Positions 17,706 to 26,500 are shown, counted from the stretch's first letter. The stretch: DNA of 32,000 nt from Psychrobacter sp. HD31 (GCF_051097895.1 NZ_CP142525.1:1710001-1742000); one strand, 5' to 3'. Translations and numbers: made by a program. The notes: a model not told the origin generated them from the letters alone.

Positions 17706-17770
17706 ACCGTTATAACCTTATTGATTATAAGGCTATAACGGTTTTTTTTGGTTTGTCAGTGGTTTTTTTT
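17706..17770 (+). terminator. Strong rho-independent terminator after apbE (nested or double)
   Basis: ACCGTTATAACCTTA (17706-17720) pairs with TAAGGCTATAACGGT (17728-17742) at 14 of 15 positions, followed by T8. An outer CTGACCAA/TTGG..GTCAG pairing is followed by a second T8 run. Confidence 0.8.
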
Positions 17771-17868
17771 GCTAAAAACCATGCTTTTGGGTGCAACAAA
17801 ACAAGCATAATTGATTGAATTTGTGTACAATACCTGCTGAATAATTTAGGCAAACCGATATGCCAAAC

Positions 17869-17888
17869 AATTGCTAACGTTAGCAATT
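17869..17888. promoter_or_regulatory. Perfect 20-bp palindrome upstream of nhaD (LacI-family-like operator shape)
   Basis: AATTGCTAAC|GTTAGCAATT. The core TGCTAACGTTAGCA has the TGnAAnCGnTTnCA architecture with a central CG. It lies about 125 nt upstream of the nhaD ATG. Confidence 0.4.
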
Positions 17889-18012
17889 ATTGATACTGGC
17901 TAGGTTTATTAAGATGTCAAACCTCAATTTTAAGTTTATATCGCTTTATGTTTGGTAAATAAAGCATTATGAATTGAAAATTGACGTATATAAAGTCAAG
18001 GAAATTACGACG

Positions 18013-19467
18013 ATGATTTATATGTTAATGGCAGTGGTTTTTGTTTTAGGCTATTTGGCAATCGCCCTAGAACATAATATCCATATTGATAAAGCAGCTT
18101 CAGCTTTATTAACAGCGGCACTTGTGTGGACGTTATTAGTATTTGGAGCGGATGTGTTGTTGTCATCTCATTTAGCGGAGGCAGGTGCTCATGCAGCTGG
18201 CGCCGCTGGTGGACATGGTGGTACCTCACAGTTTTTAAATACCGAGTTACGTCATCATTTGGCAGAAATTGCTGAAATCCTATTCTTTTTAATGGGTGCA
18301 ATGACAATTGTTGAGTTAATTGATGCGCATGATGGTTTTGCTGCCATTACTAACCGCATTCAGACTACTAAAGCGACGACATTGCTTTGGATTATTGGTA
18401 TTTTAACTTTCTTCTTCTCAGCATTGCTAGATAACCTAACGACAACGATTGTTATGGTATCTTTACTTAGAAAACTGATTAGTGATAAAGAAATGCGTTG
18501 GTTGTTTGTTGGTATGGTTGTCATTGCTGCCAATGCTGGTGGTGCTTGGTCACCAATTGGTGATGTTACGACGACAATGTTGTGGATTGGTCATCAAATA
18601 TCTGCAAGTAGTATCATCGTTAATATCATCGTACCAAGTATTGTTGCAGCGGTCGTACCAATTGCATTTTTAACCTTAAAGCTTAAAGGCAAAACCATTA
18701 CGCGCCCAGCACTTGACGAAAATGTCGCTGGCCACGCTAGTGGTGTTAGCAGCCATGGTAATAGCGTTAACAAAGAACCAGGGGAGCTACCAATCACCCC
18801 AGCGACTCGTTTAACCGTGTTATTTTTAGGTTTAGGTGCATTGGCATTTGTGCCTGTATTTAAAACGGTGACGCATTTGCCGCCATATATGGGTATTTTA
18901 TTTGGTTTGTCACTCCTTTGGATTTATACAGAAATCAACCATCGCAACCAGCATAAAGAAATTAAACAACAGCTAACGGTGATTGGCGTGTTATCAAAAA
19001 TTGATATGCCAAGTATCCTATTCTTCTTGGGTATCTTGTTAGCGGTATCTGGTTTAGCAACTGCTGGTCATTTAAGAGATATGGCACAATGGTTAGATGC
19101 AACTTTTGGTAACCTTTACGTGATTAACGTATTAATTGGTTTGCTATCATCATTGGTGGATAACGTGCCATTGGTTGCAGGTGCAATGAAGATGTATCCA
19201 TTAGTATCTGAAGCAGCGTTAGCTGGTTTAACGGGTGAAGAGTTAGCGCGTACTAGTCAGTTTGTGCTTGATGGTAACTTTTGGCAGTTTTTAGCATACT
19301 GTGCTGGTACAGGGGGTAGTTGCTTGATTATTGGTTCTGCTGCTGGTGTTGCTGCCATGGGTATGGAACGCATTCCATTTATGTGGTATCTAAAACGTAT
19401 TAGCTTGCTTGCGGTGCTTGGCTATTTAGCAGGTGCGGCAGTTTATATTGCTATCCACGTAATGTAA
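18013..19467 (+). CDS. nhaD: NhaD-type Na+/H+ antiporter (ArsB/NhaD permease superfamily)
   Basis: Polytopic protein with the motifs I associate with NhaD: FFSALLDNLTTTIV, GGAWSPIGDVTTTMLW, LSSLVDNVPLVAG. The start is set at the first ATG (18013). The track start at 17974 is a TTG, and ATGs at 18022 and 18028 are alternatives. Confidence 0.8.
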   Translation: MIYMLMAVVFVLGYLAIALEHNIHIDKAASALLTAALVWTLLVFGADVLLSSHLAEAGAHAAGAAGGHGGTSQFLNTELRHHLAEIAEILFFLMGAMTIVELIDAHDGFAAITNRIQTTKATTLLWIIGILTFFFSALLDNLTTTIVMVSLLRKLISDKEMRWLFVGMVVIAANAGGAWSPIGDVTTTMLWIGHQISASSIIVNIIVPSIVAAVVPIAFLTLKLKGKTITRPALDENVAGHASGVSSHGNSVNKEPGELPITPATRLTVLFLGLGALAFVPVFKTVTHLPPYMGILFGLSLLWIYTEINHRNQHKEIKQQLTVIGVLSKIDMPSILFFLGILLAVSGLATAGHLRDMAQWLDATFGNLYVINVLIGLLSSLVDNVPLVAGAMKMYPLVSEAALAGLTGEELARTSQFVLDGNFWQFLAYCAGTGGSCLIIGSAAGVAAMGMERIPFMWYLKRISLLAVLGYLAGAAVYIAIHVM

Positions 19468-19593
19468 TTGATTTTTTTATTAAAGAGTTTAGTTTGTTAA
19501 TAAGGCAAGCTAAACTTTTTTGCTTTTATGAGGCTTGCCTTGTATGATAAAGGTGTTTATTAAACAAATTAATCCAAAAGTTAGGTGAATGAT

Positions 19594-19866
19594 ATGCTCA
19601 GCCAATTATTACCCATTTTTGCCATTACCTTTACCGTATTTGTGTTGTTTTTTTTGTTTATGGGTGTGGGTTACATGGTTAAAAAAGAGCCATTAAAAGG
19701 CTCTTGTGGTGGTGTTGCTACTTTGATGGGAGATGAATATTGCCAATTTTGTGGTAATGACCCTAATAAATGTGACTCACTGACCGAAGAAGACAAACAA
19801 AAAATGCGAGATGAGCAGCAAACGCAAAGTAAAAAAGCAGCAGAGCTTGGAAAGTCGGCTGTTTAA
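19594..19866 (+). CDS. nqrM: (Na+)-NQR maturation factor NqrM (DUF539)
   Basis: A single N-terminal transmembrane helix followed by the Cys cluster GSCGG-x9-C-x2-C-x7-C. AGGTGA lies 5 nt upstream of ATG 19594. The small size fits NqrM. Confidence 0.7.
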   Translation: MLSQLLPIFAITFTVFVLFFLFMGVGYMVKKEPLKGSCGGVATLMGDEYCQFCGNDPNKCDSLTEEDKQKMRDEQQTQSKKAAELGKSAV

Positions 19867-19896
19867 CATCTCACATTAAGTGACAATAAAAATCAG

Positions 19897-19925
19897 CCAT
19901 CATGCAAAATGCATGGTGGTTTTTC
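19897..19925 (+). terminator. Rho-independent terminator after nqrM
   Basis: CCATCATGCA, loop AAA, TGCATGGTGG (one G-U pair), followed by TTTTT. Confidence 0.75.
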
Positions 19926-19963
19926 ACGTTTAAGTGGTAAATTTTTTAAATCAAGCATCGACT

Positions 19964-21250
19964 ATGAATAATAACAATATCGTAACCACCAAAAACACCA
20001 GTTTAGCCTTTGTGTGCATTGCCATTATTTTAGTGGCAGTCAATATGCGCTCACCCATTGTGTTAGTTGGTTCGATTGCACCGGTTATCGAGCAAGCTTT
20101 AGGCATTAGCCAGTTAGAGATAGGGTGGTTGGGTGCAATCCCTATGCTTTCATTTGCTTTTGGGGCATTAGTATCGGCAAAGTTTAGCAAATGGTTTGGC
20201 ATTCACAATTTATTACCTGTGATGATCTTGTTGTTAGCCCTTGGCATGGTTTTGCGAGTGTTTGCTATTGGTTGGTGGTGGTTTTTTGCTGGTACGGCTA
20301 TTTTGTCGCTTGCCATTGGTTTTTTAAATACCATCACGATGCCGGCGATTAAACAGTTAGCACCAAAAAACATTCCATTAGTAACGGGTTTATACAGCCT
20401 TGCAATGACCATTATGGCAGGGTTGGTGGCTGGCATTGTGTTACCGATGAGTGATTTATTGGGTTGGCGTTTGGCAACAGGCGTTTGGGCAGTGCTTAGT
20501 GTGTTTGCATTCGTGTTTTGGTGGCAGCTGCGCCCAAATTTAGTGTTGGATTATCAGCAACAACAACACTCAAATCGCACATTAAGCGATGGCAACAGTC
20601 CGCAAGTGGTCATCCAAAAGCGGCAACAAATGCCAAACTCCAAACATAACAAAAGTATGTGGCAAACGCCCCTGGCATGGTGGTTAGCGATATTTTTAGG
20701 GCTGCAATCGCTTATGTACTATCTAGTTGCCAGTTTTTTGCCCTCTATCTGGGCGAGTAAAGGCTTAAGTTTGATACAAGCAGGGCAGCTGGCAATGCTA
20801 TTTCAGCTGATGGCACCCATTGCAATTTTATTGTTAACTTGGGTAATGAGCCGTAAAGACCATGCACGAACGATGGCGATGTTAGCCTCTATACTCATAG
20901 CGATGGGTGCAGCAGGCATGGCATTTGGGCGGTTTGATGTTAACCCCTTATTTTGGGCAAGTGTGTGGACAATCTGTGCAGGTTTTGGTGCCTCATTGGT
21001 TTTTACATTAACGCTTATGCTCATTAACCTACGTACTTATGATACGGTGCAAGCCAGTGAGTTATCTAGCATGTCGCAAGCCGTTGGTTATACCATTGCC
21101 ATGGCAGGACCATTGGGTGCGGGTTGGTTGCATGAGGTAAGCGGTGATTGGCACCTTCCTCTTACTGTGCTGACGATATTGATGCTGATAAATATTGGTT
21201 TTGCTTGGGCGATTAGTGGCAGAGTCATGATTGATGGCAAGCCATTTTAG
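19964..21250 (+). CDS. MFS transporter (CynX/YeaN-like)
   Basis: About 12 hydrophobic spans in two halves, separated by a Q-rich central loop (DYQQQQHSNRT...). The start is uncertain: ATG 19964 is preferred over GTG 19934. Confidence 0.7.
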   Translation: MNNNNIVTTKNTSLAFVCIAIILVAVNMRSPIVLVGSIAPVIEQALGISQLEIGWLGAIPMLSFAFGALVSAKFSKWFGIHNLLPVMILLLALGMVLRVFAIGWWWFFAGTAILSLAIGFLNTITMPAIKQLAPKNIPLVTGLYSLAMTIMAGLVAGIVLPMSDLLGWRLATGVWAVLSVFAFVFWWQLRPNLVLDYQQQQHSNRTLSDGNSPQVVIQKRQQMPNSKHNKSMWQTPLAWWLAIFLGLQSLMYYLVASFLPSIWASKGLSLIQAGQLAMLFQLMAPIAILLLTWVMSRKDHARTMAMLASILIAMGAAGMAFGRFDVNPLFWASVWTICAGFGASLVFTLTLMLINLRTYDTVQASELSSMSQAVGYTIAMAGPLGAGWLHEVSGDWHLPLTVLTILMLINIGFAWAISGRVMIDGKPF

Positions 21251-21354
21251 TTAGCTACTGGTTGTGTTGGCTTAACTTGCTCAACATCAAGGTAACGATT
21301 TGTTATACTTACCCCCATAAAATCAACCGCTTTAAAAATAAACAAAGGTAAAGC

Positions 21355-22662
21355 ATGCAATTTTCTAAATTTGGACAAAAGTTCACCCAAAACAGTGGTA
21401 TTTTACAATTAATGGATGATTTGGGAGATGCTCTAAAAAGTGATCAGCCCGTTAACATGCTGGGTGGTGGTAACCCTGCACGTATTGATGCGGTTAACCA
21501 AGCATTTTTAGAGGCGTTTAAAACGTTAGATGTTGGCGATTTAGATAGCCCTGCAATAGACAGCATGGGTAATTACTCAAACCCACAAGGTGATGCAAAA
21601 TTTATTGATACCTTGGTAGATTTTTTTAATCGTCATTATGGTTGGGGGCTAACTGCCGATAACATTGCCTTAACCAACGGCTCGCAAAATGGCTTCTTTT
21701 ATTTATTTAATCTTTTTGGTGGTATGTTTGATGATGACTCAGCGGAAGGTATTGATAAGTCAATATTATTGCCATTAGCGCCCGAATATATTGGCTATAG
21801 TGATGTGCATATTGAGGGCAAACATTTTGTTGCGGTTAAACCGATTATTGAAGAGGTTGAGCATGAGGGGCAACAAGGATTTTTTAAATACAAAGTTGAT
21901 TTTAATGCACTAGAAGCATTGCCCGCGCTTAAAAATGGCAAAATAGGCGCGATTTGTTGCTCTCGCCCAACTAACCCAACGGGCAATGTACTGACAGATG
22001 ATGAAATGGCACGGTTATCTGAACTTGCCAAAAAGTATGAGATACCGCTGATTATAGACAATGCGTATGGGATGCCGTTTCCTAACATTATTTATCCTGA
22101 AGTGACGCTAAACTGGGATGAAAACACCATTTTGTGCCTAAGCTTGTCTAAAATTGGCTTGCCTGGGGCACGAACTGGCATTATCGTTGCAAACAGCGAT
22201 GTGATTAAAGTCGTCAGTGCAATGAACGCCATTGTTAATTTGTCGCCCACGAGGTTTGGCGCAACCATAGCTACACCGCTTGTTGCCAATGATACGATTA
22301 AAGATTTGTCAGATAACAAGATTAAACCTTTTTATAAGGCCAAAGCCAATTTAGCGGTGCAGTTATTACAAAAAGAGTTGGCAGATTATCCTATGCGTAT
22401 CCACAAACCAGAGGGTGCCATATTTTTGTGGATTTGGTTTGAAGGTCTGCCAGTTAATAGTGTTGAGTTGTATGAGCGTTTAAAACAGCAAGGTACACTT
22501 ATCATCCCAAGTGAGCATTTCTTCCCTGGTATTGATACAGGCAGCTATGCCCATGCTCACGAGTGCATCCGTATGAGTATTGCGCAAGATGATGAGACGC
22601 TAACCAAAGGCATTGCTACCATTGGTAAGGTTGTGCGTGAATTGTATGACTCACACAAATAA
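21355..22662 (+). CDS. avtA: Valine--pyruvate aminotransferase
   Basis: Colinear with the remembered E. coli AvtA: F.KFT..SGI..LM.DL, LGGGNPA, IALTNGSQ..FFYLFNLF, CSRPTNPTGNV, the PLP lysine context SLSKIGLPG, and HKPEGAIFLW.WF. Confidence 0.9.
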   Translation: MQFSKFGQKFTQNSGILQLMDDLGDALKSDQPVNMLGGGNPARIDAVNQAFLEAFKTLDVGDLDSPAIDSMGNYSNPQGDAKFIDTLVDFFNRHYGWGLTADNIALTNGSQNGFFYLFNLFGGMFDDDSAEGIDKSILLPLAPEYIGYSDVHIEGKHFVAVKPIIEEVEHEGQQGFFKYKVDFNALEALPALKNGKIGAICCSRPTNPTGNVLTDDEMARLSELAKKYEIPLIIDNAYGMPFPNIIYPEVTLNWDENTILCLSLSKIGLPGARTGIIVANSDVIKVVSAMNAIVNLSPTRFGATIATPLVANDTIKDLSDNKIKPFYKAKANLAVQLLQKELADYPMRIHKPEGAIFLWIWFEGLPVNSVELYERLKQQGTLIIPSEHFFPGIDTGSYAHAHECIRMSIAQDDETLTKGIATIGKVVRELYDSHK

Positions 22663-22684
22663 TAAACCACAAAACGAGAACAAC

Positions 22685-22939
22685 ATGTCTAATACTCAAC
22701 CACAGCATATGTTAGATACAAGCGGTTTAATGTGCCCAGAACCGGTTATGATGCTACACAAAGCCATCCGTACTGCACAAGCAGGCGAGGTTATCGAAAT
22801 ATTAGCGACAGACCCAGCCACCACACGTGACATCCCTAACTTTTGTCGCCACCTTGGGCACACCTTGGTTGAGCAAAAGCAAACGGGCGAGGGTGATGAT
22901 GCTAAATTTATTTATTTGGTTCAAAAAAAATCATCATGA
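22685..22939 (+). CDS. tusA: Sulfurtransferase TusA
   Basis: LDTSGLMCPEPVMMLHKAIR...ATDPATTRDIPNFC matches the remembered E. coli TusA, including the active-site Cys. The start is set at ATG 22685. The longer track ORF overlaps the avtA 3' end. Confidence 0.88.
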   Translation: MSNTQPQHMLDTSGLMCPEPVMMLHKAIRTAQAGEVIEILATDPATTRDIPNFCRHLGHTLVEQKQTGEGDDAKFIYLVQKKSS

Positions 22940-22980
22940 ATATCATATGTGGCAACCGCAAGTTTTAACAGGGCTTTAAA

Positions 22981-23919
22981 ATGAGTAAAACCAGAGCCGT
23001 TAACCCACGCCAACCAAAATCAATACCTAAAAATGATGAGCCAGAATATGTGTTTGATTTTCGTCAAGCCATGCTGGCACGTGGGCTATCTGTGCGCACT
23101 CGCAATGCCTATGTAAAAGACTTAACCAGCTGCCAAGCCACTAGTCTAAAGGCATTACCAAACTGGCAAGATAAAGATGTGATTGCCTGCTTAAGCCAGC
23201 TGAGTAGTGAGGGCAAAACCGCACGCACCCAAGCCAGAATGCTATCAAGCTTACGCCAGTTTTTTTTGTGGTTAGTTAATACCGAGCAAAGGAAAGACAA
23301 CCCTTGCGAAAAAATTAAAACCCCAAAGCTTGGGCGTGCCCTGCCAAAAGACTTAAGCGAGGCAGATGTAGAAAACCTGCTACTTGCGCCAGATATGAGT
23401 ACATCACTGGGTTTAAGAGACAAAGCCATGTTAGAGGTGTTGTATGCCTGTGGTTTGCGTGTGTCTGAGCTGATGAACCTATCGTTAGAACAGGTTAATT
23501 TAAATGCTGGTGTACTTAGAGTCACCGGCAAAGGCAATAAAACACGGCTGGTGCCATTGGGGGAGTATGCCAATGAGGCATTAGAAAACTATTTAACTCA
23601 TGCCCGTAATGATTTGGTTGCACACCTTAAGTCTGGTGATTGCCAAGCTGTATTTTTAACCGCTCAGGGTGGTTATATGACTCGGCAAAACTTTTGGTAT
23701 ATGATTAAAAAATATGCCAAATTGGCAGGCATACAAAAAGATTTATCACCGCATAGCTTACGCCACGCCTTTGCGACTCACTTACTTAACCATGGGGCAG
23801 ATTTGCGTAGTGTGCAGTTGTTGCTTGGGCATAGCGATTTGTCTACCACACAAATATACACGCATGTTGCAACGGCACGTTTGCAGGCATTGCATGAGGC
23901 ACATCATCCAAGAGGGTAA
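22981..23919 (+). CDS. xerD: Tyrosine recombinase XerD
   Basis: Colinear with the remembered E. coli XerD: LRDKAMLEVLYACGLRVSEL, VTGKGNKTRLVPLGE, HSLRHAFATHLLNHGADLRSVQLLLGHSDLSTTQIYTHVA, and the C-terminal HHPR. Confidence 0.9.
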   Translation: MSKTRAVNPRQPKSIPKNDEPEYVFDFRQAMLARGLSVRTRNAYVKDLTSCQATSLKALPNWQDKDVIACLSQLSSEGKTARTQARMLSSLRQFFLWLVNTEQRKDNPCEKIKTPKLGRALPKDLSEADVENLLLAPDMSTSLGLRDKAMLEVLYACGLRVSELMNLSLEQVNLNAGVLRVTGKGNKTRLVPLGEYANEALENYLTHARNDLVAHLKSGDCQAVFLTAQGGYMTRQNFWYMIKKYAKLAGIQKDLSPHSLRHAFATHLLNHGADLRSVQLLLGHSDLSTTQIYTHVATARLQALHEAHHPRG

Positions 23920-23925
23920 TGGGGG

Positions 23926-24198
23926 TTATTCTTCAAACCCAAATAAGTCGCCACTTTCACCCCAATCATCAAAATCTATCTCCAACTGCTCTTTTTGGCG
24001 TTGTCTCATTTGTTCAATACGTTTTTTGCGTCCAACAATGAGCCTTAACACTTCTCGCCTTTGCTCATCTGTCATTTGTAGCCACATTTGACGCTCTGGA
24101 CGGCTGCGCAAACAGCCAAAGCAAAATCCTTTTTTATTGCTTTGGCATACACCCACGCAGGGGTTATCAATCGAGAAGAGTTCAATTTGGTTGGTCAT
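23926..24198 (-). CDS. DUF1289 (YdhL-like) cysteine-motif protein
   Basis: NPCVGVCQSNKKGFCFGCLRSRPERQMW is the C-x3-C...C-x2-C signature of DUF1289. The gene is convergent with xerD, with 6 nt between the stops. Confidence 0.7.
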   Translation of the reverse strand: MTNQIELFSIDNPCVGVCQSNKKGFCFGCLRSRPERQMWLQMTDEQRREVLRLIVGRKKRIEQMRQRQKEQLEIDFDDWGESGDLFGFEE

Positions 24199-24355
24199 GG
24201 CTAATTGGGCTGTGACAATGCTGATAAAATAGTTAAATAATAGGGGGTTTAGTTAGTTTGAGCATATCCATATACACAAGTTGCCAAAGGCTTGCAAATT
24301 GTAACATGTTAGAATACACAAATGATAATAAACATTAAAGAGAAAGGAGATATCA

Positions 24356-24973
24356 ATGCACATTATTTATTTACACGGGTTTGATAATACCAGTAACTCT
24401 ATTAAAGGTGGGCTTTTGGTAGACTATATCCAAAAAAGTCATCCAAACCATCAAGTGCATTGCCCTGATTTAAATTTAAAACCTGCCGAGGTGTTGGCTA
24501 AGGTCACTAAGTTGATTAATGAGCTTAGTCAAACCGATAAGGTCGTGTTGGTAGGCAGCTCGTTAGGTGGTTATTTTTCTACGCATTTAAGTAACCAGCT
24601 TGGTTGCCCAGCGTTATTATTAAACCCAAGTGTTGCACCACACACCACGCTTACTCGTTTTTTTGCCGATGGTAAAACCTATGGCGCTGATGATGAGGTA
24701 TTTTATACGACGGTTGGTGATTGGAATGTCACTTATGGCGATATGCGCTGGGTTGCAGACAATCAGTTATTAACGGTTAACCACCCAAATAAAATTGCAG
24801 TTTGGCTAAAAACCGCTGATGAGGTTCTTAATTATCAAGTGGCAGAAAGTTTTTACGGTAGCAATGGCGTTAAGCAATTAATAATCCATGAGGGGGGCGA
24901 CCACCGCATTGCAGACTTCGATGAGCATTTGGATATGGTTTTGGAGGTTTTAAATAATCTTGTAAGTGGGTGA
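24356..24973 (+). CDS. yqiA: Esterase YqiA (UPF0227 alpha/beta hydrolase)
   Basis: IIYLHGFDNTSNS...VLVGSSLGGYFSTHLS...LLLNPSV.P...GGDH is colinear with the remembered E. coli YqiA. Confidence 0.85.
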   Translation: MHIIYLHGFDNTSNSIKGGLLVDYIQKSHPNHQVHCPDLNLKPAEVLAKVTKLINELSQTDKVVLVGSSLGGYFSTHLSNQLGCPALLLNPSVAPHTTLTRFFADGKTYGADDEVFYTTVGDWNVTYGDMRWVADNQLLTVNHPNKIAVWLKTADEVLNYQVAESFYGSNGVKQLIIHEGGDHRIADFDEHLDMVLEVLNNLVSG

Positions 24974-24977
24974 TTTT

Positions 24978-24990
24978 AGTTAATGGTTTA
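24978..24990. repeat. Left copy of the 13-bp direct repeat AGTTAATGGTTTA flanking the yqiA-parE insertion
   Basis: Exact match to 27283-27295. It begins 5 nt after the yqiA stop codon. Confidence 0.6.
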
Positions 24991-25054
24991 AATGTTAAGA
25001 AACAAGCAATTTATCAAACCTTAATATATTTTTGTTAGGTGTTTCTATTAAATA

Positions 25055-25765
25055 TCAAAATGGTAAATCAACAGTAATATTTTCATTTATTTCAGTAGGG
25101 ACTATAAAGTCAATATTTCTTAGATGTTCTAAGATATCCCTATAAAGAGCCATCGATTTCTCTAAATACTCTTTGGGCAAGTCATCCGATTTGAGATAAA
25201 ATTTATTCTCAACGTCATAAAATTCAATATTCTTTCCAAAATCATTTAATAACTTCTTTTTATCTTGTTCATCTTTATATGTGGAATTATCATGAATAAT
25301 CTTATTTCTTAGTTGCTGAAACTGGCCCAATCTTGGTTTATGTTTATTTAATAAGTCTTCACTTAGTCCCGTTGTTAATTTTAAATAATTAAGTCCCGAT
25401 TTAATGTAATCTCGTCCATTTAGAGAGGAAATATCGAGTTTGCTTTTAGTTTTTTCTTGAATTAATTTACTAAGTTGAAATAATTGATTTTCAAAAAATG
25501 AATGTACCAAAGTAATCGACGAATGGTAATAAAATGAGTTTATAGATCGAAGTTGAGTTTCATAAAGGTCATTTACACGAGTTTGTTCTTCTGGTTTTTC
25601 TTCTATTTCTTGATTTAAAGAATATTCAAGCTTATCTATTGTTGTTTCAACTCTATTAGAATTTAAATCAAAATACTTCAATAGGTAATTAAATTCCTTT
25701 TGTAATTTATTTTCATAGCTTTCAAATGAAAATCTTTTTTGTATAGTATTTTTATATGTAAACAT
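25055..25765 (-). CDS. HEPN-like domain protein (R-N-x3-H motif); function unknown, putative RNase or abortive-infection-type toxin
   Basis: 236 aa, predicted helical and K/E/N-rich. The C-terminal half carries QQLRNKIIHDN, the canonical R[NHD]xxxH HEPN signature. There is no signal peptide and no adjacent MNT or antitoxin ORF. Confidence 0.55.
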   Translation of the reverse strand: MFTYKNTIQKRFSFESYENKLQKEFNYLLKYFDLNSNRVETTIDKLEYSLNQEIEEKPEEQTRVNDLYETQLRSINSFYYHSSITLVHSFFENQLFQLSKLIQEKTKSKLDISSLNGRDYIKSGLNYLKLTTGLSEDLLNKHKPRLGQFQQLRNKIIHDNSTYKDEQDKKKLLNDFGKNIEFYDVENKFYLKSDDLPKEYLEKSMALYRDILEHLRNIDFIVPTEINENITVDLPF

Positions 25766-25879
25766 TTATCTCAATATTTGGTAGCCTACGACAAACGACT
25801 TTTATATGTTTTGTACGGCTGTAATTTAAAGCAACTTGTCAAATCATGTTATTAGTTATTTAACGTAAAAGCAAGCCAA

Positions 25880-25899
25880 GTAGGGTGCGTTCCATGCAC
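25880..25899 (+). repeat. REP element (GTAG-type hairpin), downstream flank of the RayT gene
   Basis: GTAGGGTGCGTTCCATGCAC. Its reverse complement matches 26501-26520 at 18 of 20 positions. It has an internal GTGCGT/ATGCAC stem. Confidence 0.65.
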
Positions 25900-25910
25900 A
25901 GTTCTAAAAA

Positions 25911-26454
25911 CTACTCTAACTTATCTGACATACTATTATCAAATATAACACCTTGTCCCCAATCACTCGTATATACTCCTTTGTTAACATAACGATGAAA
26001 ACTTGAATATTGCCAATCTCTTACATGTGTCACTAAGCCATGTTTTACAGGATTGTAATGTAAATAATCAATATGTTTTCTGAAGTCGGCAGCATCTTTT
26101 ATTAGATGTTCATAAAAGCGACGTTGAAATATACCTTTTTCATTTCTTTTAACTTTTGAATAGCTTAATTCTTCTATAGGTAAATGATATTGAGGGCATA
26201 ATTTGGTTGTTCTACGTTTTATTTGTGACCAGCATTGGCTGTAATTGGTATTATTTCCCAAATACAATGTAGGTGGTCTGGTAATTGCACCCACATGCAA
26301 TTATTTTAAATGGATAGTTTTTTTGTGTTTCTTTGATACTTGCACGTAATGCTTTTAAAAAGTCAGGATTGGTAAATATTTTTCTACGTTGATAAGACAC
26401 CAAGGTAAAAAAGTAGGTTGCTCCTTGCGTATATGACCGTATGTAACGTGACAT
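25911..26454 (-). pseudogene. REP-associated tyrosine transposase (RayT/TnpA-REP, IS200/IS605 Y1 family), disrupted by two small frameshifts
   Basis: The N-terminal ORF (MSRYIRSYTQGATYFFT...PFKIIA) and the C-terminal ORF (NNTNYSQCWSQIKRR...RRFYEHLIKDAADFRKHIDYLHYNPVKHGLV..DWQYSSF) are colinear with the remembered E. coli RayT (YafM). The HUH motif is encoded in the third frame as WVQLPDHLHCIW (26258-26293). Confidence 0.8.
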
Positions 26455-26500
26455 TTTTTGTTCAATTAAGTCCTTTTGTTATGGGCATTATAGAGCATTG

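Noticed and set aside
22613-22684. N-terminal extension of tusA to 108 aa
   Set aside because: The extension overlaps the avtA 3' end and has no counterpart in E. coli TusA. The ATG at 22685 gives the expected protein of about 84 aa.
23109-23573. 154-aa minus-strand ORF, plus other internal antisense ORFs such as 1427-1687, 10992-11300, 16936-17283, 18005-18307, 20203-20436, 21795-22088 and 28419-28748
   Set aside because: Each is nested antisense inside a gene with strong orthologue-level support, such as xerD, the ABC ATPase, apbE, nhaD, the MFS transporter, avtA or parE. Their compositions are odd (Ser/Leu/Pro-rich) and none has a plausible RBS.
22981-23919. xerD as the integrase of a mobile element
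   Set aside because: It is a full-length, colinear orthologue of housekeeping XerD sitting among core genes (avtA, tusA). There are no flanking repeats or phage genes, and it lies more than 1 kb from the islet.
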